A stretch of DNA of 64,000 nt from the human T2T-CHM13v2.0 reference genome, Homo sapiens. The translations under genes were made by a program, and so were the position numbers. This document shows, piece by piece, positions 38,401 to 55,870 of this stretch (position 1 is its first letter; each line of letters starts with the position of its first letter). The DNA is taken from the NCBI RefSeq assembly GCF_009914755.1, contig NC_060935.1. One strand, written 5' to 3'. Under the pieces are notes generated by a model that saw nothing but the letters and a program-made list of their open reading frames with translations, did no database searches and was not told where the DNA came from.

Positions 38401-40436
38401 TTTGGCTTTAAAACTTTCACGTTAATCATATGTCCAGGTTCCTAAACACCTAAATCTCAATTATATAGGAATTTTTAGGAATATTTCTTGGATCATTTAA
38501 CTTCCTTCTTTCTTTCCATAAAAATATGTATACACATTTCTTGCATCATTTAACTTCCTTCTTTATTTGCATAAAATATGTATATACAATGTTTTGTTGT
38601 GAAGATAGAAATATCTGCATTAAAGAACACTGTCTAGTAACAGGAAATAAATATAAACAAATGAGTGTAATACAGAGTTTAGAATGTCACATCCATTGCA
38701 CATATGGCTGTAGTGGGAAAAATGGCATCAAACAAAAGAACATCTTTATGAAACTGTTAATAAAATAAGAAGAGGTGCTTCACTGTCAAGCTTTTCCCAC
38801 TCCTGGCCATTTTGGTTAATCACTAGTTTAAGCCACAACCCTGTCAATATGGGCAGTTTGGGCCAAGATCTCTTGATGAACACTTCTAATTCACATTAAA
38901 GGACACGAAGTGGAGACTGGACACTGCTTATATGTATATTTAGGGGATGATATCATGCCAGACTAATGTCACAACTCACATGAGAAATGACTGAGTTTTA
39001 CTTCACTAGTAGTTGTCAGTAAAATGAACTGTGTTTACAGTAGCAACAGGATATTAATAGTTAAAGCCACTTGAAATATACTTTAAAATAATTGTTTATA
39101 TTGGGAATCTTAATTTCCTTGCGAGAAAAAGATAATTTGGACCAACTAAGATGGAAAATAAAGTTCTATTGTAGAAGGTTAAACTTATTCATTTTCTTTG
39201 CAAAGATTTAGTATTTCCTGAAGTGAATACTTTCTGAAAAAGTATTTTCCACATTCTTTTAGCATCTGCTTGGTGTTCTGCTTAGAAAAATGTATTTACT
39301 CTTCCAAAATTTTTTTGCCTATTTTTCTGTACTACTTTTCTGTACAAGAAATACGTAAGTAACTACCATGTGATGATATGTAGTTAAATAAAGCATTAAC
39401 TACCCTCTATGGGCTCACAGTTTTGAAAAGAAGGATGTGTAAATACATCCAAAATATAATGAATATATGCAACAGGCAACATATATAATATAGAATATCT
39501 ATTTTAATTTAAGCCTAATTTATTATAATACTCAGTACCTTAACTCATTTCCTGACTCTGAGGCATTTTAGAAATCCCATGATAAAACACATTATTTAAA
39601 GTGAGTTATGTTTCCTAAGGAAAAAATTCAACATCATGGTTTATATTTTTAACCAAGTTTTCAACATCAAATAAATCATGAGTATAATCAGCCTTGTTAT
39701 AAAGGTGAAGGATCCACAATTATAAACTTTTTTAGCAATTACAAATTACAGCGATTATACAAATACTGTAATTAAACAATGGCACTATGGAGAAGATGTA
39801 GTCTCCATCCTAAAGGAATCTAGGGAATTGAATTTGTACAACATGGAAAAAGGTATTCCACGTAAAAGAACAGCATTAGTAAAAATAAATAAATGAGAGT
39901 ATGTGGGGTGTCTATGATACATATGAAAGAGTATAGTAAAAAGTACAAAACAATAAATAGTGGTTGGTAGGGTTTGGGAAAATGAAAAATAAGAGATGAT
40001 AGAGAAAATAGTATACAAGCTTCTATGCAGTGAATCGGGGTCTGATTTATGGAAAGAGAAGTAAAGATACTATGAAAAAAAAGAAAAGTATCAAAGAAAA
40101 CAAAATTACTTGTATCTTTACTATAATTATAATAGTTTGATTTTGATTCTAATGATAGTTTTCCCTAACACATGAGATGGATAAATTTAAACAATATATT
40201 TAATGGCTATTTTGCTAGAAAAATGAATATCTCACTAGGTATACCTTGTCTATGCTGTTGTACTTTATTATCTTTATCTTAAAGTGGCCACTGTTACACA
40301 GTTGTTAATGATATTGAATTTGTACCATCTGAAATAGCATTTACCTGTGATTACAAATTACTTACTAAAGTATGATTTGGTGCCTTTTAACGTACAGTTC
40401 AAATAAAAATTTTTTCCTAGGTTAGCAGAAAGTTTT

Positions 40437-40636
40437 TTATTATTTAATTTAATTTAATTTTATATCCAGGGTGTTCATGTGCAGGTTTGTTACATAGGTA
40501 TATTGCCCTTTGTTGGATTTGAGGCTTGTAGTGTACCCATCACCCAGATGTGAACATTGTACGCAATAAATAATTTTTCAACCCTTACTCCCTTCCTACC
40601 CTCTTCCCTTTTGGGGTCCCCAGTCTCTGTTACAGA
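40437..40636 (-). mobile_element. Short 5'-truncated L1 (PA16/PB) 3' end with TSD
   Basis: catgtgcaggtttgttacataggtatattg; TSD agaaagtttt at 40427-40436 and 40637-40646. Confidence 0.8.
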
Positions 40637-41079
40637 AGAAAGTTTTAAAGTTACTCTTTAACAAATCCTGTTTCCAATGTGTGCTTTATAGGGTCAATGT
40701 AGGCAGATACTTCCAGATCCCAGCTGATGCAATTCAGGTCAAATAGTATTAGTGAAAGCACTAGCTTTAAACACTATTTGAGGTTGAATTATTAAAATCT
40801 GTTATGATCTGAGGAAAAAACTGGGGTACTCAGGGTAAATATTTTGATTATTGTGCAACTCTGTTCATGTTTTAAGTGAAATATTTTATAATAGCTTATT
40901 AGAGTGGTGCCCCCTAGACACAATGTGGCAATCCTGATTGCTGGTCACATAGTTGGGCAATTATTTTAATCTGGAAATAGACATTCATTATTTTGTACTG
41001 CTCATTCAATAATTTATTTATTTATTCAACATGTGTTAGTTATCTAACAGGTCTCATTAGCGGTACAAAAGTGAATAAT

Positions 41080-41395
41080 ATACTGTTGTTGCAAATGGCA
41101 GAAATTTTTCTTTTTAAACCCATTTTTTAGGGTTTTTAGGCTGACTAGTATTTCATTGGGTATATATATACACCACATTTTTTAATTCATTTATCTGTTG
41201 ATGGATATAACTTGGCTTTTGTAAATAATGCTGCCATGAACGTGGGAGTGCAATTAAAATTAGCTGGAAAGGTAGCCGGAGGTAGGGGTGCTATATCATA
41301 TAATAATTCTATTTTTAGTTTTGTTGAGGAACTTCCACGAAGTTTTCTATTAATGGGTGTACTAATTTACATTTCCACCAAGAGTAGCATATAAA
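41080..41395 (-). mobile_element. L1MA 3' fragment
   Basis: gttgcaaatggcagaaattt...tatacaccacatttt...gtactaatttacatttccacc. Confidence 0.65.
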
Positions 41396-42669
41396 GAACT
41401 TCTGTGAGTTTTATCCCTAAAACAGGATAAAATGATAAAGCAGAGAGAAGACAATTACTTTTAAAATTATCTGCATCAACTCTCTCCTTTCAATGACTTT
41501 TAACTATGCTAGTTTATTTTTTTCATTAAATGTATATTTTCATATTTTTAAAAGTCAAATAGTACAGCAGGGCTTAAAGTGAAAAACAAGTGTTTTAGTT
41601 TTTCATCCTTTTATTTTCACCTCCATATCTCTAATATGAATATGTCTTTTTAAAAAGTAACTACTTTTAAATGACTATAGACATTATCTCTTACCTTGTA
41701 CATCTTCTTATTCCTTCTTTTAATATAATTCTCTCACTACATTAGCTGCCTCCTGATTATTTTAGCATCCAATAATTCCCTTAATCACATACATTTTATT
41801 TTCTGTATATCTTGACTTCCAAATTGGGAGTGGGTGATTTAATGGCCTTCCTCTTCCCAACAACTTTCCCTGCATCTACCTCTCAGCCTCCATCATCTTT
41901 CTCTTTAATTGTCATTGTAAAAGTTGATAACAAATGTATTTTATTGCATAATGAGTTTTTCCATTTGTCTATAGGTGGATTCTTAAGGTTGAAAATCAAT
42001 GAGTGACATTTGCATCATTATACCTGTAAGTAGTGTGAGCTATGAGTGAAGACATTGGGCTATGATTACATTTTCTCCACATAATTCCAAGTTGTAAACC
42101 CTCTGCTACCTAAAGAAGAACGTTCTATGGATTCTGTCTTACTTCTATTTATTGTTTAAAATGAAGTCACATGTTAGTTTCATATTTTATACCACAGCTT
42201 TCTTTCTCAGTTACTAGTTTCCCTCTATTGGAAAAAGTAATAGTTGCTTCCTTAGCTTTTTCCCCATTCTACATATTACTTGAAATGTGTTCTATTCTTA
42301 TTTGAGAAGCCTGTAGACTTTTTTTTTGCTGCACTTTTTTCATTATTTTAAAATGTATAATTATAGAATACAGTGTTTCTATCAACTACCAGAAAGTTTC
42401 AACACTTCAGTCTTTTCCATTTTTTTATTATTATTACTATTATTATTATTATTTATATTTTTTAATTATACTTTAAGTTTTAGGGTACATGTGCACATTG
42501 TGCAGGTTAGTTACATATGTAAACATGTGCCATGCTGGTGCGCTGCACCCACTAACTCGTCATCTAGCATTAGGTATATCTCCCAATGCTATCCCTCCCC
42601 CCTCCCCCCTCCCCACCACAGTCCCCAGAGTGTGATATTCCCCTTCCTGTGTCCATGTGATCTCATTGT

Positions 42670-46523
<3,854 letters not shown>

Positions 46524-46559
46524 TTAGTTGATGCAGTTTCTTCCTAGTCTCAATGGTCT

Positions 46560-47576
46560 TTACATTTTGGCATGATTTTGCAGTGGCTGGTACCGGTTGT
46601 TCCTTTCCATGTTTAGCGCTTCCTTCAGGAGCTCTTTTAGGGCAGGCCTGGTGGTGACAAAATCTCTCAGCATTTGCTTGTCTGTAAAGTATTTTATTTC
46701 TCCTTCACTTATGAAGCTTAGTTTGGCTGGATATGAAATTCTGGGTTGAAAATTGTTTTCTTTAAGAATGTTGAATATTGGCCCCCACTCTCTTCTGGCT
46801 TGTAGGGTTTCTGCTGAGAGATCCGCTGTTAGTCTGATGGGCTTCCCTTTGAGGGTTACCCGACCTTTCTCTCTGGCTGCCCTTAACATTTTTTCCTTCA
46901 TTTCAACTTTGGTGAATCTGACAATTATGTGTCTTGGAGTTGCTCTTCTCGAGGAGTATCTTTGTGGCGTTCTCTGTTTTTCCTGAATCTGAACGTCGGC
47001 CTGCCTTGCTAGATTGGGGAAGTTCTCCTGGATAATATCCTGCAGAGTGTTTTCCAACTTGGTTCCATTCTCCGCATCACTTTCAGGTACACCAATCAGA
47101 CGTAGATTTGGTCTTTTCACATAGTCCCATATTTCTTGGAGGCTTTGCTCATTTCTTTTTATTCTTTTTTCTCTAAACTTGCCTTCTCGCTTCATTTCAT
47201 TCATTTCATCTTCCATTGCTGATACCCTTTCTTCCAGTTGATTGCATCGGCTCCTGAGGCTTCTGCATTCTTCACGTAGTTCTCGAGCCTTGGTTTTCAG
47301 CTCCATCAGCTCCTTTAAGCACTTCTCTGTATTGGTTATTCTAGTTATACATTCTTCTAAATTTTTTTCAAAGTTTTCAACTTCTTTGCCTTTGGTTTGA
47401 ATGTCCTCCCGTAGCTCAGAGTAATTTGATCGTCTGAAGCCTTCCTCTCTCAGCTCATCAAAATCATTCTCCATCCAGCTTTGTTCCGTTGCTGGTGAGG
47501 AACTGCGTTCCTTTGGAGGAGGAGAGATGCTCTGCGTTTTAGAGTTTCCAGTTTTTCTGTTCTGTTTTTTCCCCAT
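46560..47576 (-). CDS. L1 ORF1p, intact 338 aa
   Basis: MGKKQNRKTGNSK...; REKG, ARR and YPAKLS motifs intact. Confidence 0.95.
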   Translation of the reverse strand: MGKKQNRKTGNSKTQSISPPPKERSSSPATEQSWMENDFDELREEGFRRSNYSELREDIQTKGKEVENFEKNLEECITRITNTEKCLKELMELKTKARELREECRSLRSRCNQLEERVSAMEDEMNEMKREGKFREKRIKRNEQSLQEIWDYVKRPNLRLIGVPESDAENGTKLENTLQDIIQENFPNLARQADVQIQEKQRTPQRYSSRRATPRHIIVRFTKVEMKEKMLRAAREKGRVTLKGKPIRLTADLSAETLQARREWGPIFNILKENNFQPRISYPAKLSFISEGEIKYFTDKQMLRDFVTTRPALKELLKEALNMERNNRYQPLQNHAKM

Positions 47577-48472
47577 CTTTGTGGTTTTATCTACTTTTGG
47601 TCTTTGATGATGGTGATGTACAGATGGGTTTTTGGTGTGGATGTCCTTTCTGTTTGTTAGTTTTCCTTCTAACAGACAGGACCCTCAGCTGCAGGTCTGT
47701 TGGAATATCCTGCCGTGTGAGGTGTCAGTGTGCCCCTGCTGGGGGGTGCCTCCCAGTTAGGCTGCTCGGGGGTCAGGGGTCAGGGACCCACTTGAGGAGG
47801 CAGTCTGCCCGTTCTCAGATCTCCAGCTGCATGCTGGGAGAACCACTGCTCTCTTCAAAGCTGTCAGACAGGGACATTTAAGTCTGCAGAGGTTACTGCT
47901 GTCTTTTTGTTTGTCTGTGCCCTGCCCCCAGAGGTGGAGCCTACAGAGGCAGGCAGGCCTCCTTGAGCTGTGGTGGGCTCCACCCAGTTCGAGCTTCCCG
48001 GCTGCTTTGTTTACCTAAGCAAGCCTGGGCAATGGCGGGTGCCCCTCCCCCAGCCTCGCTGCTGCCTTGCAGTTTGATCTCAGACTGCTGTGCTAGCAAT
48101 CAGCGAGATTCCGTGGGCGTAGGACCCTCTGAGCCAGGTGTGGGATATAGTCTCGTGGTGCACCGTTTTTTAAGCCGGTCTGAAAAGCGCAATATTCAGG
48201 TGGGAGTGACCCGATTTTCCAGGTGCGTCTGTCACCCCTTCCTTTGACTCGGAAAGGGAACTCCCTGACCCCTTGTGCTTCCCAGGTGAGGCAATGCCTC
48301 GCCCTGCTTCGGCTCGCGCAGGGTGCGCGCACCCACTGGCCTGCGCCCACTGGCACTCCCTAGTGAGATGAACCCGAACCCGGTACCTCAGATGGAAATG
48401 CAGAAATCACCCGTCTTCTGCGTCGCTCACGCTGGGAGCTGTAGACTGGAGCTGTTCCTATTCGGCCATCTT
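47577..48472. promoter_or_regulatory. L1 5'UTR: CpG-rich bidirectional promoter; the antisense promoter fires on + toward the mGluR5 exon
   Basis: Recognisable L1PA2 5'UTR; YY1 core AAGATGGCCG retained at the 5' junction. Confidence 0.85.
48032..48247 (+). CDS. L1 ORF0, intact 71 aa, with splice donors after 48137 (SD1) and 48222 (SD2)
   Basis: MAGAPPPASLLPCSLISDCCASNQRDSVGVGPSEPGVGYSLVVHRFLSRSEKRNIQVGVTRFSRCVCHPFL*; Kozak context gcaATGG; donors CCAG|GTGTGG and CCAG|GTGCGT. Confidence 0.88.
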   Translation: MAGAPPPASLLPCSLISDCCASNQRDSVGVGPSEPGVGYSLVVHRFLSRSEKRNIQVGVTRFSRCVCHPFL

Positions 48473-51090
48473 CAGTGTTTTCCATTCTATTGGAAGACAT
48501 ATTCTCTTTGTCTCCCAGCTTACAAAGGATTTCTTTTGTTAAATAAAAATTATGTTCTGTAAAATTTTTATGTCACACATGTATTAAAGCTGTTTCTTAT
48601 TTAAATGTTTAAAGAAAACTTTCTTTCTTAGAGCAGTTTTTGATTCACTGCAAAATTGAGTGAAAATTTTTCATATACCCCCTGCCTTTTTTAATTTTAA
48701 AGAGTACAGCTTGGGATTTTCTCTGGGAAAATAATACTTTATTCTGCTAGTGTAAGCTTATTTTTTTAGTCTAGTGTACAGTAATAGTGCCATTTGCTCC
48801 ACTGTTTGTTTTGGATGCTCCAGTAAAGAGTAGCTAAACTCTGTCTAGAATATTCTTTATAATTTCAGTAGGTTCAATTAATTGGGTTCAGGTGACCTGC
48901 CAGATAGTTTGCATACATTAAATATAATATTAAAATATCTGAATATTAAGCTGTGTTACTTCAGAAAGCTGAGATTACAAAGACTATATAAACTGAAGTT
49001 GAACTCAGGTTTCTCTAATAACAAAGTTCTCTCCACTATTTCAAGCTGCTTCTCTACAACATATTGTATAAACAAAAACAGTGTTAAAGCTGTTAGGAAC
49101 AAAGTGCTAAATAATCTGAATTTGTTAGATGTCTTTTCTGTTTAACAGTGAATGTATTGAGAATAAAAGTAAATAAATGATGTGAAATTCTCAATAAATT
49201 CACATCACAATCACTATACCTAATTTCAAATTATTTATGCAAATGCCTCTGCATTAAATCAAAACATGAAATGCAAGACAGTCTGTTGAAAAACAGAGTT
49301 AGCTAAAAATAAATCAAAGAATAATAGATTACTCACATTAGTGTAAAACTGGTAGTAATTTAGGCCCATTGGCACATTTTTCAGAAAGTGCCCTTTAAAC
49401 TTTGTTAATTGCAAAATAACTAGATTGCCCACCTGCCATCATGACAGAGGCTTCTTGTTGCTTTTAATTCTGGAGAAGGAGGGAAAAGATGCAGCTGGCC
49501 CACCAGTATTTTTGGCTGAGACTCAAGCTGACCTGCTCTGCTCTGCCCTTTGCAGTTTGTTCACGGAGATAAAGCTTCACCAAAATCCACCCTCAAAGTT
49601 AACAGATTTCATAGGCAGCAAGGTACCTGTGGTATGGTAACACCCACATCAGGACAGGAATCAGAGATATATGTTCAAACTAAGATCCTGACACCTACTA
49701 TCTGTATTTGAACTTCAGTTTTATCAGCCAAGGGGAGATAACATTAACCTTTATCACAGAGTTGTTGTAAGGAGCAGTGAGCTAACATATATAAACTGAC
49801 TTTCCCAAAATCAAATTGTTGTGGAGTTGTATTTATTGCAGTTATAGACATATAGTGAACCCTATGCAACTGAATGCCCACAGTGCTCCTATTAATTTGA
49901 TATCTACTCTTCCTGATGAGATTCCAGTTCCTAGGTCAAGTTGATTTTTAGGTCAGTCTCATCCTTATATGTTCTACAGCTTGGTTATCTTGTAATAGCC
50001 TCTTGTATTCTTCAAAGCAATCCCCCTCATATATCTAATATTTTGAAAATTCAGAATATAAGCCCTGTATAAAATATAGAGCCTTAAAATGTTCCAAAAA
50101 TATCTAAAATTGGAGAATTGTCATGCTGAAATGGGAAAGAGAAATGCGGATGTAATTAGAATTCTGAGACTCCTAAGAGTCAGCCTTGGACAAGTAGAGG
50201 GAGCAGGACCTATGCTATTAGATCTGTGAATGGAGTTCAGCCCTCCACTTACTGCTAGTGTAACTCAAGGTAAATATGGACCTAACTGCTCTATCTGTTT
50301 TCTGATCTATGTATGGAATGGAGCTCATAATATCTACATCGATATTTTATTGTGAGTGCTAAATTAGATCACATATATAAAGGTCCTTGTGTCCTGGCAT
50401 ATAGCTGACTGTCAATATTAATCCCCCTTTTTCATTAATTTTAAAAGACTAACATTAGTCCTTAGTCCCCAAATTTTGCAAAAGACTTTGAACTTTTTAT
50501 CCTTATCAATAACTTCCCCATGGTTGTATAGGATAAAACTGTAAATGTTTTTCATAAGTTTACACATTCATCTGTGGCAAGACTAAATCTTAAGCAAGGA
50601 TCTCAGTTTTTCATTTAAGACCAAACCATAAATTCTCATGATTATAAGTATATAATATACTGAATATTATATATAGTATAATACTTTATAAAATATTTAT
50701 ATGGCAACATATATACTATATAAACTACATGTATTACTTGTATGTACTATAGCTTTAAATACAAAAATCTCAGTGGGATGAAATTGTCATCAATGAGAAA
50801 TAAAGGGAAGTGAGATAGAATGCAAAAAAAAAAGCAGATAAATATTTCCATCAACTCATATTTAGAATAAGAGCTATTTTGAGTCATAAAAGGATGATGA
50901 ATTGCTTACACTGTTTATATTATTCTCTCCATCACAGTGAAAATATAAATGATCAATGCATATATAATGTGGTTCAATTGTAATTTGCCCAAAATAAGCA
51001 ATTCAGCAAAAGATCAAAAACCAAAATTCAGGTCTTCAGGTTGCAAGTCCCATACCAATGACTTTCATGCTCCTAACACCTGCATTCTGA

Positions 51091-51405
<315 letters not shown>

Positions 51406-52013
51406 TGAGTGATGATAAGAAAATTTACATGGAGTTAATACCAGGAATTTGGCAGCACCGAAGGGTAGCTTTTAGTGTACAATAAAAAATTCTTTCAAAG
51501 CTTAGTCTGTGCAGTGGAAATAGAGCTTAAATTTCATAATGCACCTGTGCCTGGAGAAAATCATGGGAAATAAGTAGATCCGCCATGTGCTGATTAATAG
51601 TAAAAGGAATCAACAAATGAAGATGATGCATCTTTAAGTCCTAAAAACCATGACTGTAAGGTAATGAAATGGATTTTTATATCCTTGAGTAATTCACTTG
51701 GAAAGTAAACATGACTCAAACTCACAGTTGCTTTTAAAACTGATTTTGAGAATGACTACATGAGCTTGGTTTATAATGTAGAATCATAGAATTTTGGGTT
51801 TGAAAGTGAGGGATTACTTTCAGGGCACATTTTTAAAGCATTAGAAAATTGGCTTGTTATTTTATATCACAAAAATGTAGGTGTCTGGTGACCTACATTG
51901 TTTCTAGACAAGATACTAAAATACTAGCATCTACAGAGATTGACTTTAATTATCTGGATAATTCACTTGATTGACACAACTCAGCACACTCCCTGTTGTT
52001 GTGGCTGAATCAG

Positions 52014-52591
52014 TGTATTAGTCAAATTCTCCAGAGAAATAAAACCAAAAGTTTATACATATATAATAAAAAATATTCATATATGTGTCCTGCACATATA
52101 TATACGTATGTATAAATTTGTGTGTGTGTGTGTATACATATGTATATATATACACATATGAGATTTACTACAAGGAATTGGTTCATGTGATTAAAGACCC
52201 AAGAGAGCCAATGTGTAGTTTCAATCCAAGTCCAAAGGTTTTAGAACCATGAGAGTTGATAATATTAAGTTGCAGTCTGAAAGTTGGTAGGCTTGCAATT
52301 CAAGATGAGCCAATGTTTCAGTCCAAGTCTGAAGGCTGAAAAAGACCAATGTCCATCTCATGCTATCAGGCAAAAAACATTACCTCTTAGCCTTTTAATA
52401 CTATTCAGGTCTTCAGTTGATTGTTTGAAGTCCATCCATATTAGAGAGGGCTATCTGCTTTACTCAGTTTACTGCTTCAAACGTTAATCTCATCCAGAAC
52501 AATCTCACAGAAACAGGCAGAATAATGTCTGTTAAAATGTCTGGGCACTACTCATAGCCCAGGCACTAGACACATAAAATTGACTATCATA
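52014..52591 (-). mobile_element. MLT2 (ERVL) solo LTR with internal (TA)/(TG) microsatellite
   Basis: tgtattagtcaaattctccagagaaa ... gacacataaaattgactatcata; TSD atcag/attag (1 mismatch). Confidence 0.85.
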
Positions 52592-55563
52592 ATTAGTAAG
52601 ACAACACTGTAGTTTTGAATGTGTGAATGAGGTGCACTTTTGAGATGGTAACCCTGGAAGTCATAAGTGGTAGGGAAGCTGCTTCTTCATTGCATACCTT
52701 TAAAACATTATGTACCGTATATCTTTTTATTAACATGTAGCCAATATAAAGAACAGCAAAAACCTTAGAAACCACTGCATCTTTCTCAGGATTTCTGCCC
52801 CAAATAGAGAGCCAAGTCACTTGTTATTAACTTTTGATGGCTTATTAAGGGAAACATACTTCCTTCATTTTCCAAATGCTTAACTGACCATCTGTGATCA
52901 GACTTAGCTGCAGCTGAGATATATTTTATGACAGCCATTTTATGTACCCAATTCTTTTCTGTCTGATCTGATGGCAATAGATTGATGGGGCTATTTTGGT
53001 ATGAGGTCATACATCCTTCAATAAAAATGATATTGAGTGAGATTCCTTTTTTATCAATGTCATACATTTTGTCAAAATCATTGCTACTTGGCAGGAATAA
53101 TGCACCAGTTAGTTTCAGACAACCCACGAACATGCCAACTGCCAATATTCTTATATTGTATTCTGAAGTGCAGTGTTACCACTGCAGTAAAAAGAACAGA
53201 AAAGAAAAAAAATCTGGCTTTAAGTAGTTCTGTTTTTCTGATAGGGAATAAAGAATTCCATGATTCCTATCTGCTCCATTTGCAAGCATTAATAAGAAAA
53301 ATCAGCAGCATTTGTTTTCAGTCATATGGTGTATTTGCCAAAAAGCAAATTGTTCTTTGATCCCATGTACACTAAGTAAATAGATTGGCTTTTACAATAT
53401 TTGCCATTTTCCATGTATGATTTTATTTCCAGAAGCATTGCAAAATTTTATATTTTGGGTATTTTAAGATTTATTTTGTATATGATAAACATAGAGTTCT
53501 TTCCATATCGTTTAATTCATGGAATACTAAATTTATAGCCTCTAGTTAGATTTCTTTTATCCCCCCATTAACTGGCTATTTAGTAATTCGACATTTACTT
53601 GAACATCATTTCATTTTTGAGCAGTTTTGTTAGGTCTTCCTTACTCCAAATTTTAAAACTGTCTCCCTGTAGTTTCTGCCTCTTGGCCCATTTTTTTTTT
53701 CTTTAAAAGTAACATGTGATGCTCTTTCAAATATTTGGGAACAACAGTGTGGTCCTCAGTACTCTCCAACTTCTCTTTGAAATATCCCAACTTCTTCCAA
53801 CTATCTTAGTGAGATGGCACTGTGGGTGTTAATAAAACCACTTATCAGAACCATTTATAGGACCATTTATCAAATACTTTGTGCCAATTACTGTGCTAAG
53901 CACTTTACACGTGTTGTTTCATTTAATCATTATTTGACAAATGTTAGGTGTTTACTATATGTAAAAGTGCTTGAAATAAATAAATGAGCAAAAAAACAAT
54001 AATTATTGACCTTATGATACTTACAGATTAGTTAGATAGAAGGTCATATAAGTGTTATGAAAAAACCCATATCTAAGAACCTAAATATTAAGTACTATTC
54101 TATTTTATACACAGGAGTTCTAAGTAAGACTCAATAAATATTGATGTGTGAAATGGAACAGAAAAGCAAAAGTTAATAGTTTGTAAGAAAAAGTTTACAT
54201 CTACTAACTCTAATTTTACAAATGAGGAAACTGACACCTCCAAAATGTGGATGACACAATTACCCAACTACCATAACTTAGAATCCAGTGTACTTTTCTA
54301 CTAACTTGTCTTCTGTAGAGTAGAAACAGAGGGAAAGTTATTATTTGATAGCAAACCCTAGGTTCTACATAGAACCTGAGTTTATTTTTAAAAAATTTTA
54401 GATAATTCAAATTTTTAATTTAAATTAGTATTTCATATCAATGTTACCTCCTGAAAATTTTTATTTAGTTCATGCTATAACTTCTTTCAGTATTCCAGTG
54501 TTATTTTGTTTACAAATATTCTGCAAATCTCTCTTTTTGCTCCTTCTCTTCCCCAATTCAACTTGAATGAATGGCTTTAGGAACTAGAAGTCAAAGCTAT
54601 GTGGAAAAAAAAAAAGGCTATATTTAGAGCCTACTAGAAGGTCCACATTTAATAGCTGTAGTTACTTATAAATATCTCCAACTGCCTTAGGTCAACCATG
54701 TTTAATAGGTCGTTCAACTTAAGTGCTTGGCAGGACTAAGACAACTCTGCCGCTGAGACAACCTCATCCATCAGCACGTCTCACCATCTGCACTGCACAT
54801 CAATAGAATGTTAGAATGATACACACCTGGCCATTAGGTCTTTCCATTTGAGCTGTAGGTAATCTGCTGTCTCATTGCCAATAAAAATATCCTGTTCAGG
54901 TCCCTGAAATAGTCTTGCTAAACACTTTGGCTCTGACAGCAGGCTGAGATCAATAATCTGAACAGTAATGGCATTTCTTAAGGGGCTTATTTTATAGAAT
55001 GAATACACTGTCTTAGTTCTAGATCTGGGAAAGAATTACTTGAAATACATTATTTAAAAGTTAGAAATTTAAATAAGACTTGGAAACAACTAGTTTTTAG
55101 CAAATTAACTACTGAAAGATAGTTTCATTTGATCTATAATTAACTTTATTTAAATAATTTGAGAATATTCTTTAATACGATGATGATTACAAAGCCACAA
55201 AAATGAAATGTACTTAAATTTCAAAAGTACTTGAGGATTACAAGTAGCATTTCTTAGTGAGAGGTCAATCTACATCAATATTTTTCAAAATGGAAATGAT
55301 AAGAACTTACTGTAAGAAATATCCTTGCCAATGAAATTACAGTTTTTCTAGTCAAACTATGATAGTGGCTATTCCCCAGAGGTAAATATTATTCTTTATC
55401 TTTATATGTAGCAAGAATGTCTATTCCAAATTAAGTCATTTTCAAACAAGTATACAGGCATTCCTTGGAGAAAATGTGCGTTTGATTTCAGACCACCACA
55501 ATAAAACAGTATCACAGTAAAAATCACACAAATGTTTTGTTTTCCCAATTCATATAAAAAGTG

Positions 55564-55870
<307 letters not shown>

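Noticed and set aside
52593-53360. Cluster of 75-119 aa ORFs downstream of the exon as further GRM5 exons
   Set aside because: No similarity to the next mGluR5 residues (DGWADRYDV...) or to any family I recognise; overlapping frames on both strands suggest chance.
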